Source: a virus (Duplodnaviria; Caudoviricetes). Taken from it: a stretch of DNA of 64,000 bases. Of this stretch, positions 47,401 through 57,900 are shown one piece after another. The notes beneath the pieces are model-generated. The model did not search any database. It was not told the origin of the DNA and saw nothing but the letters and a program-made list of their open reading frames with translations. The translations under genes and the position numbers were made by a program. The stretch's first letter is position 1. Each line of letters starts with the position of its first letter. The stretch lies in IMG/VR virus record IMGVR_UViG_3300020045_001604, positions 1-64,000 of that record. One strand, given 5' to 3'.

Positions 47401-50400
47401 CTAAAATAGAGGTTTCGTAAGTAGAGTGAATAGCTTTACCTCCTAGTCCTGTAGGCTTTCCAACCAACATAATATCATTTTGAGAGAAATTATTATCTTT
47501 ATAAAATCCATCTCTCAATTCATTGTAATCCACAAAAGCATTATATGAATTTAATAATTCTTTTAAAGAACCTTTAGGCATTGTCTTAGAGCTTCCGACT
47601 TTATTTATAGCAATTAAAAAAGGTTTTCTTTTAGAACTACTAGATAATTCGTCAAAAGAACTTACGCTATTTAACGCATCTTTTATTACCTTTAATTCAT
47701 TAGTCTCTTTACTAAATTTGTTTATAGATTTTTTAAATTCATCAAAACTAGAAGTGCTATTTATTCTAGAAGCAGTTAAATCTAAAACCCTTTTATTAAA
47801 TAGCTTTGCTTTCTCCGGAGATCCGCTTATAAAAAATATGTAGTCAGAATTATTTATTTGAGACTGAAGTGTTTTTTCCGACAAACCGCTAGCCCATAAT
47901 GCATTATTATCTCTGTTTGCAGGATCTAATGCAAACGAAGGTCCAGCATCTAAATAATGTTCTCCATCTATTACAGCATCGTAATAATTACCTCTACCAA
48001 GTTGGTCTGCCATCCAGAACCAGACTTTTTGTCCTTTATCTGATATTTCATTTATTAACTTATCTATGTCTATGATATCAGATTGTTTTACAAATGAAAG
48101 CTTATGTTCTCCTACTTTTACAGGAGATCCGGATTTAGACTGTCTAATTTCTGTAGGTTCTGATATATAAGTAGAAGCGCCATATTTTAAAGCTTTCACA
48201 TCAGTTTCAGTAATAACCTCCCCAGTAGAAACCTTACCAGAAATTGCGTTTAATAGATCAACAACTTCATTATCAGTAAATTGTTTTAGTCCAAATAATT
48301 TAGCTATCTCATCTAACCACTGCTTAATCAAGTTTTTGTTTGGTTTAGATAACGACTCGTAATTGTCGGCTAAGTATCCTACAAGTTCAGCTAACTTTTC
48401 TTCATTCCAAAGTTCTTTTTGGTCGTCATATCCATTCTCTACAAACTCCTGTAACTTAACTTTTAATTCAGGAGACACAGACTTCGTTACGGAGTTGATC
48501 ATATTTAACGTTACCTTAGCGGCGTTAATATCAGTCTTTACTGCGTTTAAAAGTATAGCATGGAACACCTCATGAGCCACGGTTCTACCGTTAGCTTTAC
48601 TAGGGTTTATATGTATTTTATTCCCTATAAACGCACCGTTACTTTTAACTTCGTTATCAATCTCACCTACAGACTCGGCATATAAATCTTCGTTGTCATA
48701 AAGTACCACGTCTACTTTAGGAAGTATTTTAGATAACGCTATTTTTGCTTTTGAAACCAGTGTAGGCATGTCTTTTGATATAGCAACATCTTCACTCTCA
48801 TCAAAAAATTTAGTTAAATCTTCAGAGTCTTTAACGTTTTGTTTTGCCTGGTCAACAAATGAATCTCTGTAAGCCATAGCTTCGTCATAATCATCAAATG
48901 TTTTTTCTTCAATATCCAACTCATTATTAGGATCGTAAACCATAGCAACTACATCAGGCGTCCCATGTTTTTCTTTATTCCATCCCTGTAAATCACCAGC
49001 ATACTCCTCGTTAAAAGGAACCCTAGAAACAATTTTAAAACCGGCCTTCTCGTATTGTTTAGTAAGGTATCCGTCAAAATTATCCAACTTAATACCACCT
49101 GCATCCACGGCTTTACTTAGTAAGTCCTGAGCGACTCCTTTAGTTTTAGACGTTAATTTCTTAAACAATCCAGCTATATCACCATCAGGTTTAACCAGTG
49201 CAGATCCATCTTCAGTGTCTATAATAGTTCCTTTAGCAGCATCCTCAGGAGATACCTCACTTACAGACCAATATGCTTCAGGATCAGACTCTTTTGTTTT
49301 AGTAAGTTCTTCAACGTACGCCTGTGGTGTAACTTCAGTAGTAGGCGATACTGTTTCTTCAACAGTAGTTTCTACCTCTGTAGCTTCAACAGGAGTAACT
49401 TCTTCTATTTTTTGCTTTTGTTCTGTAGTGACTCTATTTTCAACATAAGTTCCGTCTAATATAGAGTTTTTTAATTGAACATTCTCTATAGCTTGATTTT
49501 TTAAATCAGACAATAGTATAGACTTAGTTTCATCAGTTATATCTTCAGATTCATTTATTTCTTTAGCTTTAGACTTTAAAGAGTCTATAGTATTGGTAGC
49601 AGATATAAGTTTATCTTTTACCTCTGAGCTAAGAGAATCTATTTTAGAAATATCTTCCTGTACGTACTTTTCATTTTCAAGTACTAACTTCTCTATTTTA
49701 GAATTTATCTCTTGTTTTATTTCTGGAGATATATTTTGATTTTCTAACTGTGATTGAAGGTCAAATATGTTTTTTACATTTTCTTTTATTTTTTTTTGAT
49801 CCTGATAGTTTATAGTATTTTTTATACCTGTCAAACCAGTTCCAAAAACCGCACCTCCAAAAGTACCTCCTAAAAAAGCGTCAGATCCGCCTTCAAACAC
49901 GTTATAATCAATCGGTTTTACTCCAGTAGCAACATCAATTGAATTTTCAGCCACAAGGCTACTCCATTCTTCTATACCCTCACCTAATGTAGATGCAGTA
50001 AGCGGATTTTTTTCTAATGCAGATTTATAATATTTCTGTAACCCGTCTTTTAGTATTGATAAAGCTTTAGGCTTTCCTTCTCTAGCAACTAATGCTTTTG
50101 CTGCAGAACCAATACTTGCAGATCCTAAAGTTTCAGTCGCTGCCTGTGCAAAACCAGTTGCTAATGAATTGGCTACCCTAGCATTTGTAGATAACTCAGG
50201 ATGATCTTTTTTTAACTGTTCATTTTTATTTGCTCCAAATATCATTGTAGATGTAGCAAGTATTTGAGGAGCTTTAGCGTAAGCTCCACCAACCATTATA
50301 GCAGCTGTAGTGGGTAATGACTCTGCAAAACTAGATGTTAATTGATCAAATCCAGCTCCATAATTTCCATTAACAAAAGAATCGTATACTCCTTGAGAAT

Positions 50401-51079
50401 ATTGTTGATCTAATTCTTTAGATTTAGCGCTTAATTCAGAAACTTGAGACGAATAATAGTCTTTAACTGAGTTATGAATATTCATATTTTTTTTAAAAGA
50501 CTCTGAGTCGGCCTTTAAAGAAGGTATGTCAAATATGCTAGCAATAGCATTTTGAGGAGCAGCTGCTACTTCATAAATTAATTCAGGTACAGACGCTATG
50601 TCAACACCTAGTTGAGAAGATCCGGTAGCTATTTTATCTACTAGCTTAGATCCTATATTTCTATACTCTTTAGGTTTGAATTTAGCATTTTTTATTTTTG
50701 CTTGAATTTCTTTGTTTATTATAGGCTGTTTTTTTGGCGCCTGTTTTAACGCCTCCTCGGCAGTAATATCTACGCCAAGTGTGCGCATTTTAGGTTGCTC
50801 TCCATTTGAAATAACCGATTCCTGTTGAGGTATCTGTTGATCTATAACCAACGAAGTATACGCATCCTTTGGCTGTGAATTTGATCCCCACACTTCTTCT
50901 TGAGAAGTAGGTTGAGACGATTCTTTTTTTTTTTCTTCACCACTTGAACCGTATTTATCTTTAAAGTCTTCGACAACAAACTTAATGTTACTTTCTGATT
51001 CTTTATTGCTGATCATTTTTTGAACTATACCGTCTAGTTTAGCTCTGTCTTGTTGCGATAATATTTTGTTATCTGGCAT
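44399..51079 (-). CDS. Large ejected/polyvalent virion protein with GNAT-like and zincin (HExxH) domains (2226 aa)
   Basis: DIAGLFK..GVAQDLL..AV.AGG.KLDNFDGYL.K.YEKAGF (GNAT-like); AHEVFHAI..EEKLAE (zincin); long helical C-terminal region; last gene of the ejection-protein block. Confidence 0.7.
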   Translation of the reverse strand: MPDNKILSQQDRAKLDGIVQKMISNKESESNIKFVVEDFKDKYGSSGEEKKKESSQPTSQEEVWGSNSQPKDAYTSLVIDQQIPQQESVISNGEQPKMRTLGVDITAEEALKQAPKKQPIINKEIQAKIKNAKFKPKEYRNIGSKLVDKIATGSSQLGVDIASVPELIYEVAAAPQNAIASIFDIPSLKADSESFKKNMNIHNSVKDYYSSQVSELSAKSKELDQQYSQGVYDSFVNGNYGAGFDQLTSSFAESLPTTAAIMVGGAYAKAPQILATSTMIFGANKNEQLKKDHPELSTNARVANSLATGFAQAATETLGSASIGSAAKALVAREGKPKALSILKDGLQKYYKSALEKNPLTASTLGEGIEEWSSLVAENSIDVATGVKPIDYNVFEGGSDAFLGGTFGGAVFGTGLTGIKNTINYQDQKKIKENVKNIFDLQSQLENQNISPEIKQEINSKIEKLVLENEKYVQEDISKIDSLSSEVKDKLISATNTIDSLKSKAKEINESEDITDETKSILLSDLKNQAIENVQLKNSILDGTYVENRVTTEQKQKIEEVTPVEATEVETTVEETVSPTTEVTPQAYVEELTKTKESDPEAYWSVSEVSPEDAAKGTIIDTEDGSALVKPDGDIAGLFKKLTSKTKGVAQDLLSKAVDAGGIKLDNFDGYLTKQYEKAGFKIVSRVPFNEEYAGDLQGWNKEKHGTPDVVAMVYDPNNELDIEEKTFDDYDEAMAYRDSFVDQAKQNVKDSEDLTKFFDESEDVAISKDMPTLVSKAKIALSKILPKVDVVLYDNEDLYAESVGEIDNEVKSNGAFIGNKIHINPSKANGRTVAHEVFHAILLNAVKTDINAAKVTLNMINSVTKSVSPELKVKLQEFVENGYDDQKELWNEEKLAELVGYLADNYESLSKPNKNLIKQWLDEIAKLFGLKQFTDNEVVDLLNAISGKVSTGEVITETDVKALKYGASTYISEPTEIRQSKSGSPVKVGEHKLSFVKQSDIIDIDKLINEISDKGQKVWFWMADQLGRGNYYDAVIDGEHYLDAGPSFALDPANRDNNALWASGLSEKTLQSQINNSDYIFFISGSPEKAKLFNKRVLDLTASRINSTSSFDEFKKSINKFSKETNELKVIKDALNSVSSFDELSSSSKRKPFLIAINKVGSSKTMPKGSLKELLNSYNAFVDYNELRDGFYKDNNFSQNDIMLVGKPTGLGGKAIHSTYETSILGEVIGVPDKKINSWDIMPDELKAKYKDLVEGREDKTKSQQTKIIAAETGVIREIAKRKQTQSPLLSAIKKAKDAGKTDKAISTYLQSKGFTVKQITDALLKYSKDKAVQGQKAEGVFTREGRNNVITFLDSVKRRFTSARAFLPKSVFIAKEGIESGIKTQSKQAAYLVKDFDNALKNYKGDKDKLISDFDKFIRGEEVELPDEFIFIGSDMRNHIDNLSEMLIKSGAVDEYQADNITKNIGSYLTRSYEVFDKKDWAEQVDKEVIQAARNFLKKQLLSEAIKEADKSGLDVDSVLENKVDLAINDLIDREGAESFISAGKTGSKDVSILKQKTDIPLEIRALMGEYTDPAQNYSRTIFKIASLISNAKFLNTVKENGTGVFLFEKDDINRPKEFDTQIAAEGSETMNPLNGMYTTKEIAASLKESAGLLNSIDVALPFEISKPVKNVYEYYMKALGSVKWLKTIASVGTHFKNLTGNITFMLANGYFKPDEYRKSAKVIYNDFLNKSDKELREKMKEYTEAGIVDQSAVLGELRDMFKDPDFDKTFDRRMVDKNLNKGQKLLNTIKRYGKKGMSLAENAYQAEDDYFKIVAYETEKNRYAKAIYKKDFSELDANQQKEIVNKVSEIVKNNLPNYGRVPGAVKLIKAFPVVGTFVSFQSEALRTAYNIVNLAKDEIKSSNPEIRKIGAQRLAGIIASQAVKYGVMYLIGGAVAGDDEDKEKENAKRYVAPWSKNSNIIVKNQGDGKFSYIDISASDPFGGIVKPLNAMMSGDNLLDGFVDGLKELMAPFTNPDILKSMFTEISENKDAYGNELYNENDSFEKKSEAILSRVYKTFEPGSVTSARKISESDDMLNEMAGQFTGYKAIDVDLKKQFSFKIYDMKENELSARKIYTKAARQFSDKKITKEEMDKAYEQSNSETLKLYKDLKKDYDAATYFGTLPKDLRSEMRRSKVGKNVIRNIATGNFKDIKIKQIPLSDEELKIKNPEAYRMRMRMRKATN

Positions 51080-51082
51080 AAT

Positions 51083-52522
51083 TTAGTAATTATATTTAGA
51101 TCTAAGATTTTCTGTTGATGCAGTGCTTTTGCCTTTTGAAGGAGTAAATCCTAAAGTTTGTTTAGCTGATTCAATATTTTCAAACCCTCCACCAACAAAA
51201 CGAAGTCTTTCGTTAATATTATTCCTGTCTTTATCTTCATAAACAGTTACGGTTTCTTTATTTTTATAACTGGTTCTATTTCCAGAATCAAAGTCTTCAT
51301 ATCCGCTAGTTCCGTTATATTTAGTATACGTAACAAATAACTTACCGTTACTAATACCAACCCTATTAACTTGTTCTACCACTCCAGGAGCTCTTTTAAT
51401 AGTAACACCAGACACAGGTACAACCTTACCTATAGTCCTATCTTTTGTGTTTATATAAGACGGTTCTCCAATAAATGGAACCTTACTCATGTCTTTAGGT
51501 TTTCCACCGCCACTACTAGGAGCAAATCCATGCCAAGTCCCCTCTTGCTGTTTTAAGGTTTGATTTATCTTAGCAAGTATAGCATTTTTAACTATATTTT
51601 CAGACTCTTTCACTTGTTCTTCAGTAAGAACAGGTATATTAACACCTGTAGACAAATCCTTTTTAACAACTATACTGTCCTTATCTTTAGCATTAGGATC
51701 TGAAGTTAAGGTATAAGAACTGCCAGCTCTATCGCCTAGTATACTGGCCTGTTTAGTTGGATTTGACGCTATAGAAGCGGCAGTTTCATCTAAGAATTTT
51801 TTAAACTCAGGCTTAGATTGAATATTGTCAATTGTCCATATACCTCCAGCTGGTGGATTTTTAAGTATATACTCATACTTTCCTATATCCTTAGATCTCT
51901 TATCTGCCTCTGCTAGATAATCAAATTTTAACGGCATATCGGCCTGAGATAGCATCCATCTAGGACTGTCTAACTTTGACATATCAGCCTTACCGTTAGC
52001 GTCCATTGGAGCCACGTACATTAAACCTGTTGCTGGATCAACGTAAGGAATCTTATTTTTCAAGTCTAAAGAATTTCCTAGCTGACCCATATTGTAATCT
52101 GCTAAAAATGAAGTTTTACCTTCCTCAGATAACTTAGCGTACTCCTCTTGTATCTTAGCTACGCTTTTACCTAAGGCATCAAATTCACTAAATCCAGTAC
52201 TAATGTTTTGCTTTATAATGTTATACTGCTTTGCATTTATTTTACCAGAGGTGTATAACTTGTAAGCGTCATTATTTATCTCCTTAGCCTTATAAACGCT
52301 ATTAGTTAAAAACCCGTTAACATCTTGACTTCTACTTAAACTTATTTTGTTTAACTCCTTGTTAAGATCTGCGTTTTCCTTAGATTGTTTATCTCTAGCG
52401 GCTTGTCGTTGCTGTTCTTGTTGTATTATAGTATCCTGAACATCAGTAATAACAGAACCCCAATCAAGTGTTGGGTTAGCTTTTACATTGGCTGGATTTA
52501 CGTATCCTAAAAATTCCGGCAT
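51083..52522 (-). CDS. Putative ejection/internal virion protein (479 aa)
   Basis: Helical, Gln-rich N-terminus; position in the podovirus ejection block. Confidence 0.5.
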   Translation of the reverse strand: MPEFLGYVNPANVKANPTLDWGSVITDVQDTIIQQEQQRQAARDKQSKENADLNKELNKISLSRSQDVNGFLTNSVYKAKEINNDAYKLYTSGKINAKQYNIIKQNISTGFSEFDALGKSVAKIQEEYAKLSEEGKTSFLADYNMGQLGNSLDLKNKIPYVDPATGLMYVAPMDANGKADMSKLDSPRWMLSQADMPLKFDYLAEADKRSKDIGKYEYILKNPPAGGIWTIDNIQSKPEFKKFLDETAASIASNPTKQASILGDRAGSSYTLTSDPNAKDKDSIVVKKDLSTGVNIPVLTEEQVKESENIVKNAILAKINQTLKQQEGTWHGFAPSSGGGKPKDMSKVPFIGEPSYINTKDRTIGKVVPVSGVTIKRAPGVVEQVNRVGISNGKLFVTYTKYNGTSGYEDFDSGNRTSYKNKETVTVYEDKDRNNINERLRFVGGGFENIESAKQTLGFTPSKGKSTASTENLRSKYNY

Positions 52523-52547
52523 AATTTATTTATTTATTTATTTTTAA

Positions 52548-53384
52548 TTAACCAGGCATTCTAAAGCCAGCTAGAACATTATTAGTACTTCCTAATAATT
52601 GAGATTCCATGCTTGGATTTGCTAATGACCCCCAACTATATTGTTTATATAATGGATTTAAAGATCCAGATGTAGCCGATTGTAATTGAGATGCTACGTT
52701 AGGTCCTGAACTTACAATTCCAGAAGGTGTCAAAACGGTAGACATATCAGTATTGTTAGAATTTATATCTGTTTTAGAATACTCAGGTATCATTCCGGTA
52801 AGGCCGGTTAGTAATTTACCTCCAGCAGCTAATGCACCTTGCTGTTGCTGTAGTGCAGCGGCTCTTGCTGCTGCTGATGCTTGTTGTGCTCCAGCTAATC
52901 TTTGACCTTCAAGCGCTGCTAATTGATCAGCATTTTGCCCAGCCTCGTTTGCTTGTAACTTACCTAAATTAAATAAGTCTTGACCTAACGCCTCTCTTGT
53001 TTTAGCTTCCTGTTCTGCCGCTACAGCCTGAACTTTACCAACTCCACCAAGCAATAATCTAGGATCACCTTCTTGAAGAGCAGACATGGCTTGCTGTTGC
53101 TGAGCTGTAGTTTCTCTAAACTCTCTATCGTATGCTTGCATAGGAACCTGTAAAGCCTCGAAAAAGTTCTGGCCTAATAATCGTTCTTGTTCTGCCGCTG
53201 CTTTTTCAGCCTCTCTATCAGCTGCTCTTTGTAGTTCTTTTTGCTTACTAGCCTCAACTAGCCCAGTAGCTATATTCGCCGCTCCTAAACCAAGTGATAC
53301 CCAAGGCATCGCTGCACTTGCCGCTCCTGCCAAACCACCCCCTGCGCTTGCTACTCCTGTAGCTCCTGCTGCTGCTTGTCCCAT
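52548..53384 (-). CDS. Putative ejection protein (P22 gp7/T7 gp14-like role, 278 aa)
   Basis: Gly/Ala-rich hydrophobic N-terminus and Ala/Gln-rich coiled coil. Confidence 0.55.
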   Translation of the reverse strand: MGQAAAGATGVASAGGGLAGAASAAMPWVSLGLGAANIATGLVEASKQKELQRAADREAEKAAAEQERLLGQNFFEALQVPMQAYDREFRETTAQQQQAMSALQEGDPRLLLGGVGKVQAVAAEQEAKTREALGQDLFNLGKLQANEAGQNADQLAALEGQRLAGAQQASAAARAAALQQQQGALAAGGKLLTGLTGMIPEYSKTDINSNNTDMSTVLTPSGIVSSGPNVASQLQSATSGSLNPLYKQYSWGSLANPSMESQLLGSTNNVLAGFRMPG

Positions 53385-53386
53385 AA

Positions 53387-53782
53387 CTATATTTTTTTTA
53401 CGTATTCGTTAATATTTTCTCCTGACAATAAATAACCATTATCAGTAAATGTTTTCTTTAATATAGGAGTTCCGCTTACAGTCATTATAAACTTTCTGCC
53501 AGAATCCTTTAAGTATTGTTCTGTATAATTTAATAAAAACCCTAACGACCCAGAACGTAAGTTTTTGGTACTGTATCGGTTTCCAGTAATAAACCCTATC
53601 CAACATACATCAGAATCACTTAAATAAACAGGAACAGAATATAAATCAACTCCATCATTACTTACGACAAATATATTATTTGGTAGCATATCTATATTCA
53701 TTATTGGAAATTTCCAGTCCGTCCACCACTTACATAATGTGTCGTAAAAATCATGCTTATTCTCTATTCTACAGGAAAACAT
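53387..53782 (-). CDS. GNAT-fold virion assembly protein (T7 gp13-like position, 131 aa)
   Basis: Predicted acetyltransferase-like pattern (WIGFIT..LL...EQ.LK.SG.KFI.T..F..NGY) at the head of the ejection block; TATCTTTG box at 53791-53798. Confidence 0.5.
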   Translation of the reverse strand: MFSCRIENKHDFYDTLCKWWTDWKFPIMNIDMLPNNIFVVSNDGVDLYSVPVYLSDSDVCWIGFITGNRYSTKNLRSGSLGFLLNYTEQYLKDSGRKFIMTVSGTPILKKTFTDNGYLLSGENINEYVKKI

Positions 53783-53804
53783 TTTTTTTACAAAGATAAC
53801 AAAA

Positions 53805-54551
53805 TTATGGGTAACTTTTAAAAATACTACTCCCTACTGAAAACAATTCCACTCTTGATGTATTATCATTCTCTAGCTCAAATTGCATATAGTATCCTGT
53901 AGCGCCGTACGACTCCGCTGTGCTGTTTTTTATACACAATATATAGTCTGATACCGAAGGAATATTTCCACCTGTTACAGTAGTATTTATAGTAATTGAA
54001 TTTGCTGACAATGCTGTAATGGTACCTAACTTTAGTAATGATCCTGAGTTATTCTTGTATGCAATATCTCCAACACTTATAATACTTCCTATATTAAAAG
54101 GAAATGTAACTACAGTTGCAGAAGGAATCGAAGGGTTAACTAATGTAGTTCCTCCAATACCTTGGGCCGATCTCATTGATAAATCAATATCATTATCATA
54201 TCTTCTTATATGCGCAAAGTAGTCGCCTTCTTTTAAAGAAAAGTACGACTTATCTACAAATCCAGTTGCCATGTCTGTTATAACCTCACACTTCCAAGAG
54301 TCATCACTATTTAATGATATGGTCTTGAAGTTTTTAACTGATCCAGATTCTATATTAAATACACCTGTTATTTTTGAATTGTATTGAACTCCGTAGAAAT
54401 TATTTCTAAGTGAATTAGAGTTGTGTCTATATAAATTTCCATTCTTAAATGTATAGAAATAAGAATTCATACCAATCATTTTTTCAGGTATAAATGAAAA
54501 GAATGATGTCCATCCTTTTGAATCTTCGCTAAATGATAATGTATATTCCAT
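53805..54551 (-). CDS. Tail protein, resembling the C-terminal part of a muzzle/stabilisation protein (248 aa)
   Basis: TLSFSE..KGWTSFFSF.PE..YTFKNGNLYRHN..FKTISL..KEG.YFA. Confidence 0.55.
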   Translation of the reverse strand: MEYTLSFSEDSKGWTSFFSFIPEKMIGMNSYFYTFKNGNLYRHNSNSLRNNFYGVQYNSKITGVFNIESGSVKNFKTISLNSDDSWKCEVITDMATGFVDKSYFSLKEGDYFAHIRRYDNDIDLSMRSAQGIGGTTLVNPSIPSATVVTFPFNIGSIISVGDIAYKNNSGSLLKLGTITALSANSITINTTVTGGNIPSVSDYILCIKNSTAESYGATGYYMQFELENDNTSRVELFSVGSSIFKSYP

Positions 54552-54552
54552 A

Positions 54553-54939
54553 TTACGCTAAACAAGCACCTAAATTAGTTATTGAAGCTGATCCACAAGT
54601 TATTGTAGGGGTACTTTGAGCACATACATACTCAGTTACACTTGTTGAAAAACTAGCTCCAATTTGCAATATACCATTACAATCAGTGTATGAATAATTA
54701 ACGTATCCTTCACATCCCGGTCCGTCACTCATAGCTACCATTTCATAGTTGAAACAATCAACAGGAGGTGTAGAACATGCTTCAATAGGAAGTAGTAAAC
54801 CTTCAAATTGCTGTCTATAATTTCCTCCAAATGAATAATACCCATCAGGGGCTTTTGTTGTTAATGCAGTATCTGTCCATACAGCTGTAGCTGTTGAAAA
54901 ATCCGCTGTGTCTATGTAATATGTTCCGCTAGTCGCCAT
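54553..54939 (-). CDS. Cys-rich small virion protein (128 aa)
   Basis: MAT.GTYYID..F.TAT.V.TD..L...APDGYYS N-terminus; Cys-rich variable C-terminus. Confidence 0.5.
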   Translation of the reverse strand: MATSGTYYIDTADFSTATAVWTDTALTTKAPDGYYSFGGNYRQQFEGLLLPIEACSTPPVDCFNYEMVAMSDGPGCEGYVNYSYTDCNGILQIGASFSTSVTEYVCAQSTPTITCGSASITNLGACLA

Positions 54940-54963
54940 ATTTTTTTATTTTTTTTTATTTAT

Positions 54964-57900
54964 TTAAACATTACAGTCACATGCTAAAGCGCTATCCGTA
55001 GCGTCGTAACACAACTCAATAGCGTAATGAGGAACATCTCCACACAACTCGCATGCCGCAACTCTATCTGTAGCGTCGTAACATAGATCTACACTATAAG
55101 CATTTGTTAGATCCCAAACTAAATATAAGTACTGATATCCACTAGGGTTATTATAAACAAATGAAGCTTGGTACTTCCCTGTAACAGGATTAACTATTGG
55201 TGTAGCTTCTGTTAATAACGGTCTTAGTATGTCTATGTCTAAATCAGTATATAATGTATTAGAAACTAAATACTTAAATGAATTAGCTAAAGGATCAAAA
55301 TTAAATGTATCTGTAATGTATTTCTCAGATTGAACTTTTATCGTACTTCCTATAGCAGGAATAACTCCTACTGAAGGTTGATTGGTATTAGAATCGTACA
55401 ACGACAATCCGTCACTTTCTAGTAGTACAAGGTCGATATTAGTTGGACTTGTATATCCATCTAATGTCCAGTTATAGTTATTGTGAATAGTTTCTCCTTC
55501 GTTAGATGGAGAGTTTATTACCACTCTAATAACTGTTATAGGATCTGCTACAGTACAATTAGATATAAGAATATAAGTAGCCTCATCTGGAGTAATTGTA
55601 ACTGTTGCAAATGTAGGGTTTATTTTTGATTTATCAAATGTTAACGTTCCAGCTCCAGATACCACTTCGTTTATAACTACAATACCGTCATAAGATACCT
55701 CAACATTTGCTGATCCGTTTTCAAAGTTATAATCAAAAGAAGCCTCTCCAATTACGTTTCCAAATTCTAAATTAAATAATAATTCATTATTTGCAGTGTC
55801 CTGAGATATAGTAAATCCACACTCTAAAACATCTATAGGGGTTGGTAATTTGTTATCAGTTATAGACAACACGTACTCTTTTAAGTATGGATCATAACCT
55901 CCTAATTTTTGATAGTTTACTTTATCTTTAAATTCACTTCTAAACCAACCGTTCATTCCTAGTTTAGATATAGGAACTAACGCATCTGCCTGAGTAGATC
56001 CTCCTTTTAAATTTATTACAGATGTCCTCTTAGTATCAGTAAAATATATATCCTCTCCCCATGCAGCAAAACTAGCAGCGTCGCTACTTATTCCAAACTC
56101 TTCTATTCTAGATATTTGAGTACCTAAAACTTCAGGAACTGACGTTATAGCTCCACCTCCTGCAGCATCAGAAAGTAAATTCTTACCTGCTAATACATAT
56201 GATATCTTATCTTCCTGAAGAGTTAATACATCTGTTTTTCTTCCATGAAGTATATTGATTGGTCCAAATGATTTCTCACAGTCTTTAAAATTAGCTAGCG
56301 CTAAGTTAAATTCATTTAACTTATTAACGTTAGTTTCTTCATTGTATATTCCACTATATGTTATTCCGGCGTATCTGTGAGCTTCTTTAAAGTCTTCTTG
56401 AGACACAGCAGTAACTCTACTTCCAAGATAGAATGGAGCTCCAGTTAACGAGTCTCCTATCTTGTAACTTTCAACTCCATTACCAAATGTAAAACAGTCG
56501 AAAAAATTTAAATCTACAGTCGCAAAAGGACTAGATATAGACTGATTAATTACGTTACCTTGATGATATCCGTCAATAATATTGAATGATTCACTTCCTT
56601 CGAAGTAAGTCTCTCCGTTTGCTTCGGCAGCTTCAGTTTCGAATACCATTATAGATTCTGCTCTCTGAACTTGAATATGACAAAAAACTCTTGAAACTCT
56701 TCTGTCTACTCCGCCACAATTTGGAGTACCACTTTTCATTACAAAGAATAATCTACCATTAGTAGTGTCTTCTTGAAACTCATACTGATTGGTCCCTGGT
56801 ATAGCTGGTATATCTCCAGTATAAGGACTTGTTATGGTATCTTTAAAATAGTTTTCATTAACAGTAGTGTCACCTCCGGTTGAATTACCAGAAGTTAAGT
56901 CAATATGATCTCCAATTATAAATGCAAACAAACTCTCATAATCTTGAGAGGCTGTAAATGATTTATCAAAAGTGTATGTTCTTTCTCCACAATCACTTCC
57001 TCTAGAAGCTCTAGTAACTTTAAAGTTTATATTTATTAAACTTCCAGCAGGCACGTCATAAGGCATAAACTCTAACTCTCCAGGATCTCCAAATAAAGGA
57101 TTATCTATATAACATGGATAGGATAAGTTAGCGTAGCTTCCTCCTTCACTTACCTCTCCTTCGTCTATAAAAGAATTCTCAGTATAATTAGCAGAGAAGT
57201 TAGAAGGCTTAAGTTTCATATATAATCCAGCAGGCTCTATAATATCTTTCTCAGCCGCATTCTTGTTCCCTTCAATAAAATCTTTGCCTTTAGCTTCTAA
57301 TGCTAGAACCTTTGTTTTAACTAAATTTCTAAGGACACCATTTGAATCTGCCTTTACAATTAAAGTAGAATTTTCTTGAACCTTACTTCTATTGTCGCCT
57401 TCCAATTTAAACCAAGTAAATCCGGAGTCTTCTTGAAAATAAATATTAGAGTATACTACTTGGTACTGACTCTTAGATGGTTTTACTACAAACTTATATT
57501 TAGTAGCCCAGCTTGGAGCTAAACTATTTACATTTACTCTTATATAGTTCTTTTTATCTGAATTATACGCAGGTACAAAAACTGTGTTATTAGTATCGAC
57601 TAATGCCGTAGAGCTACGACCGTACTCGTCCATATATACAATTGCAACTTCATAATCTCTATTACTATGCAGACTTTGTTTTGCTCCTAATTCAGAAAAA
57701 CTAGATGATATTATTGCGCTTGAAAGATACTCGTAAGCATAAACAAATATTCCGGGTGAAGTTTCAAAACTAAACTTTAAAGCTGGTATTTGAATTCCTA
57801 TTACATCAGACCCAAGAGATGAAGATATGACAAATGAACCATCAATATTCAGTATTCCGCTTCCAACCTCATTCCATCCGGATTTAGTAATTATTTGACA

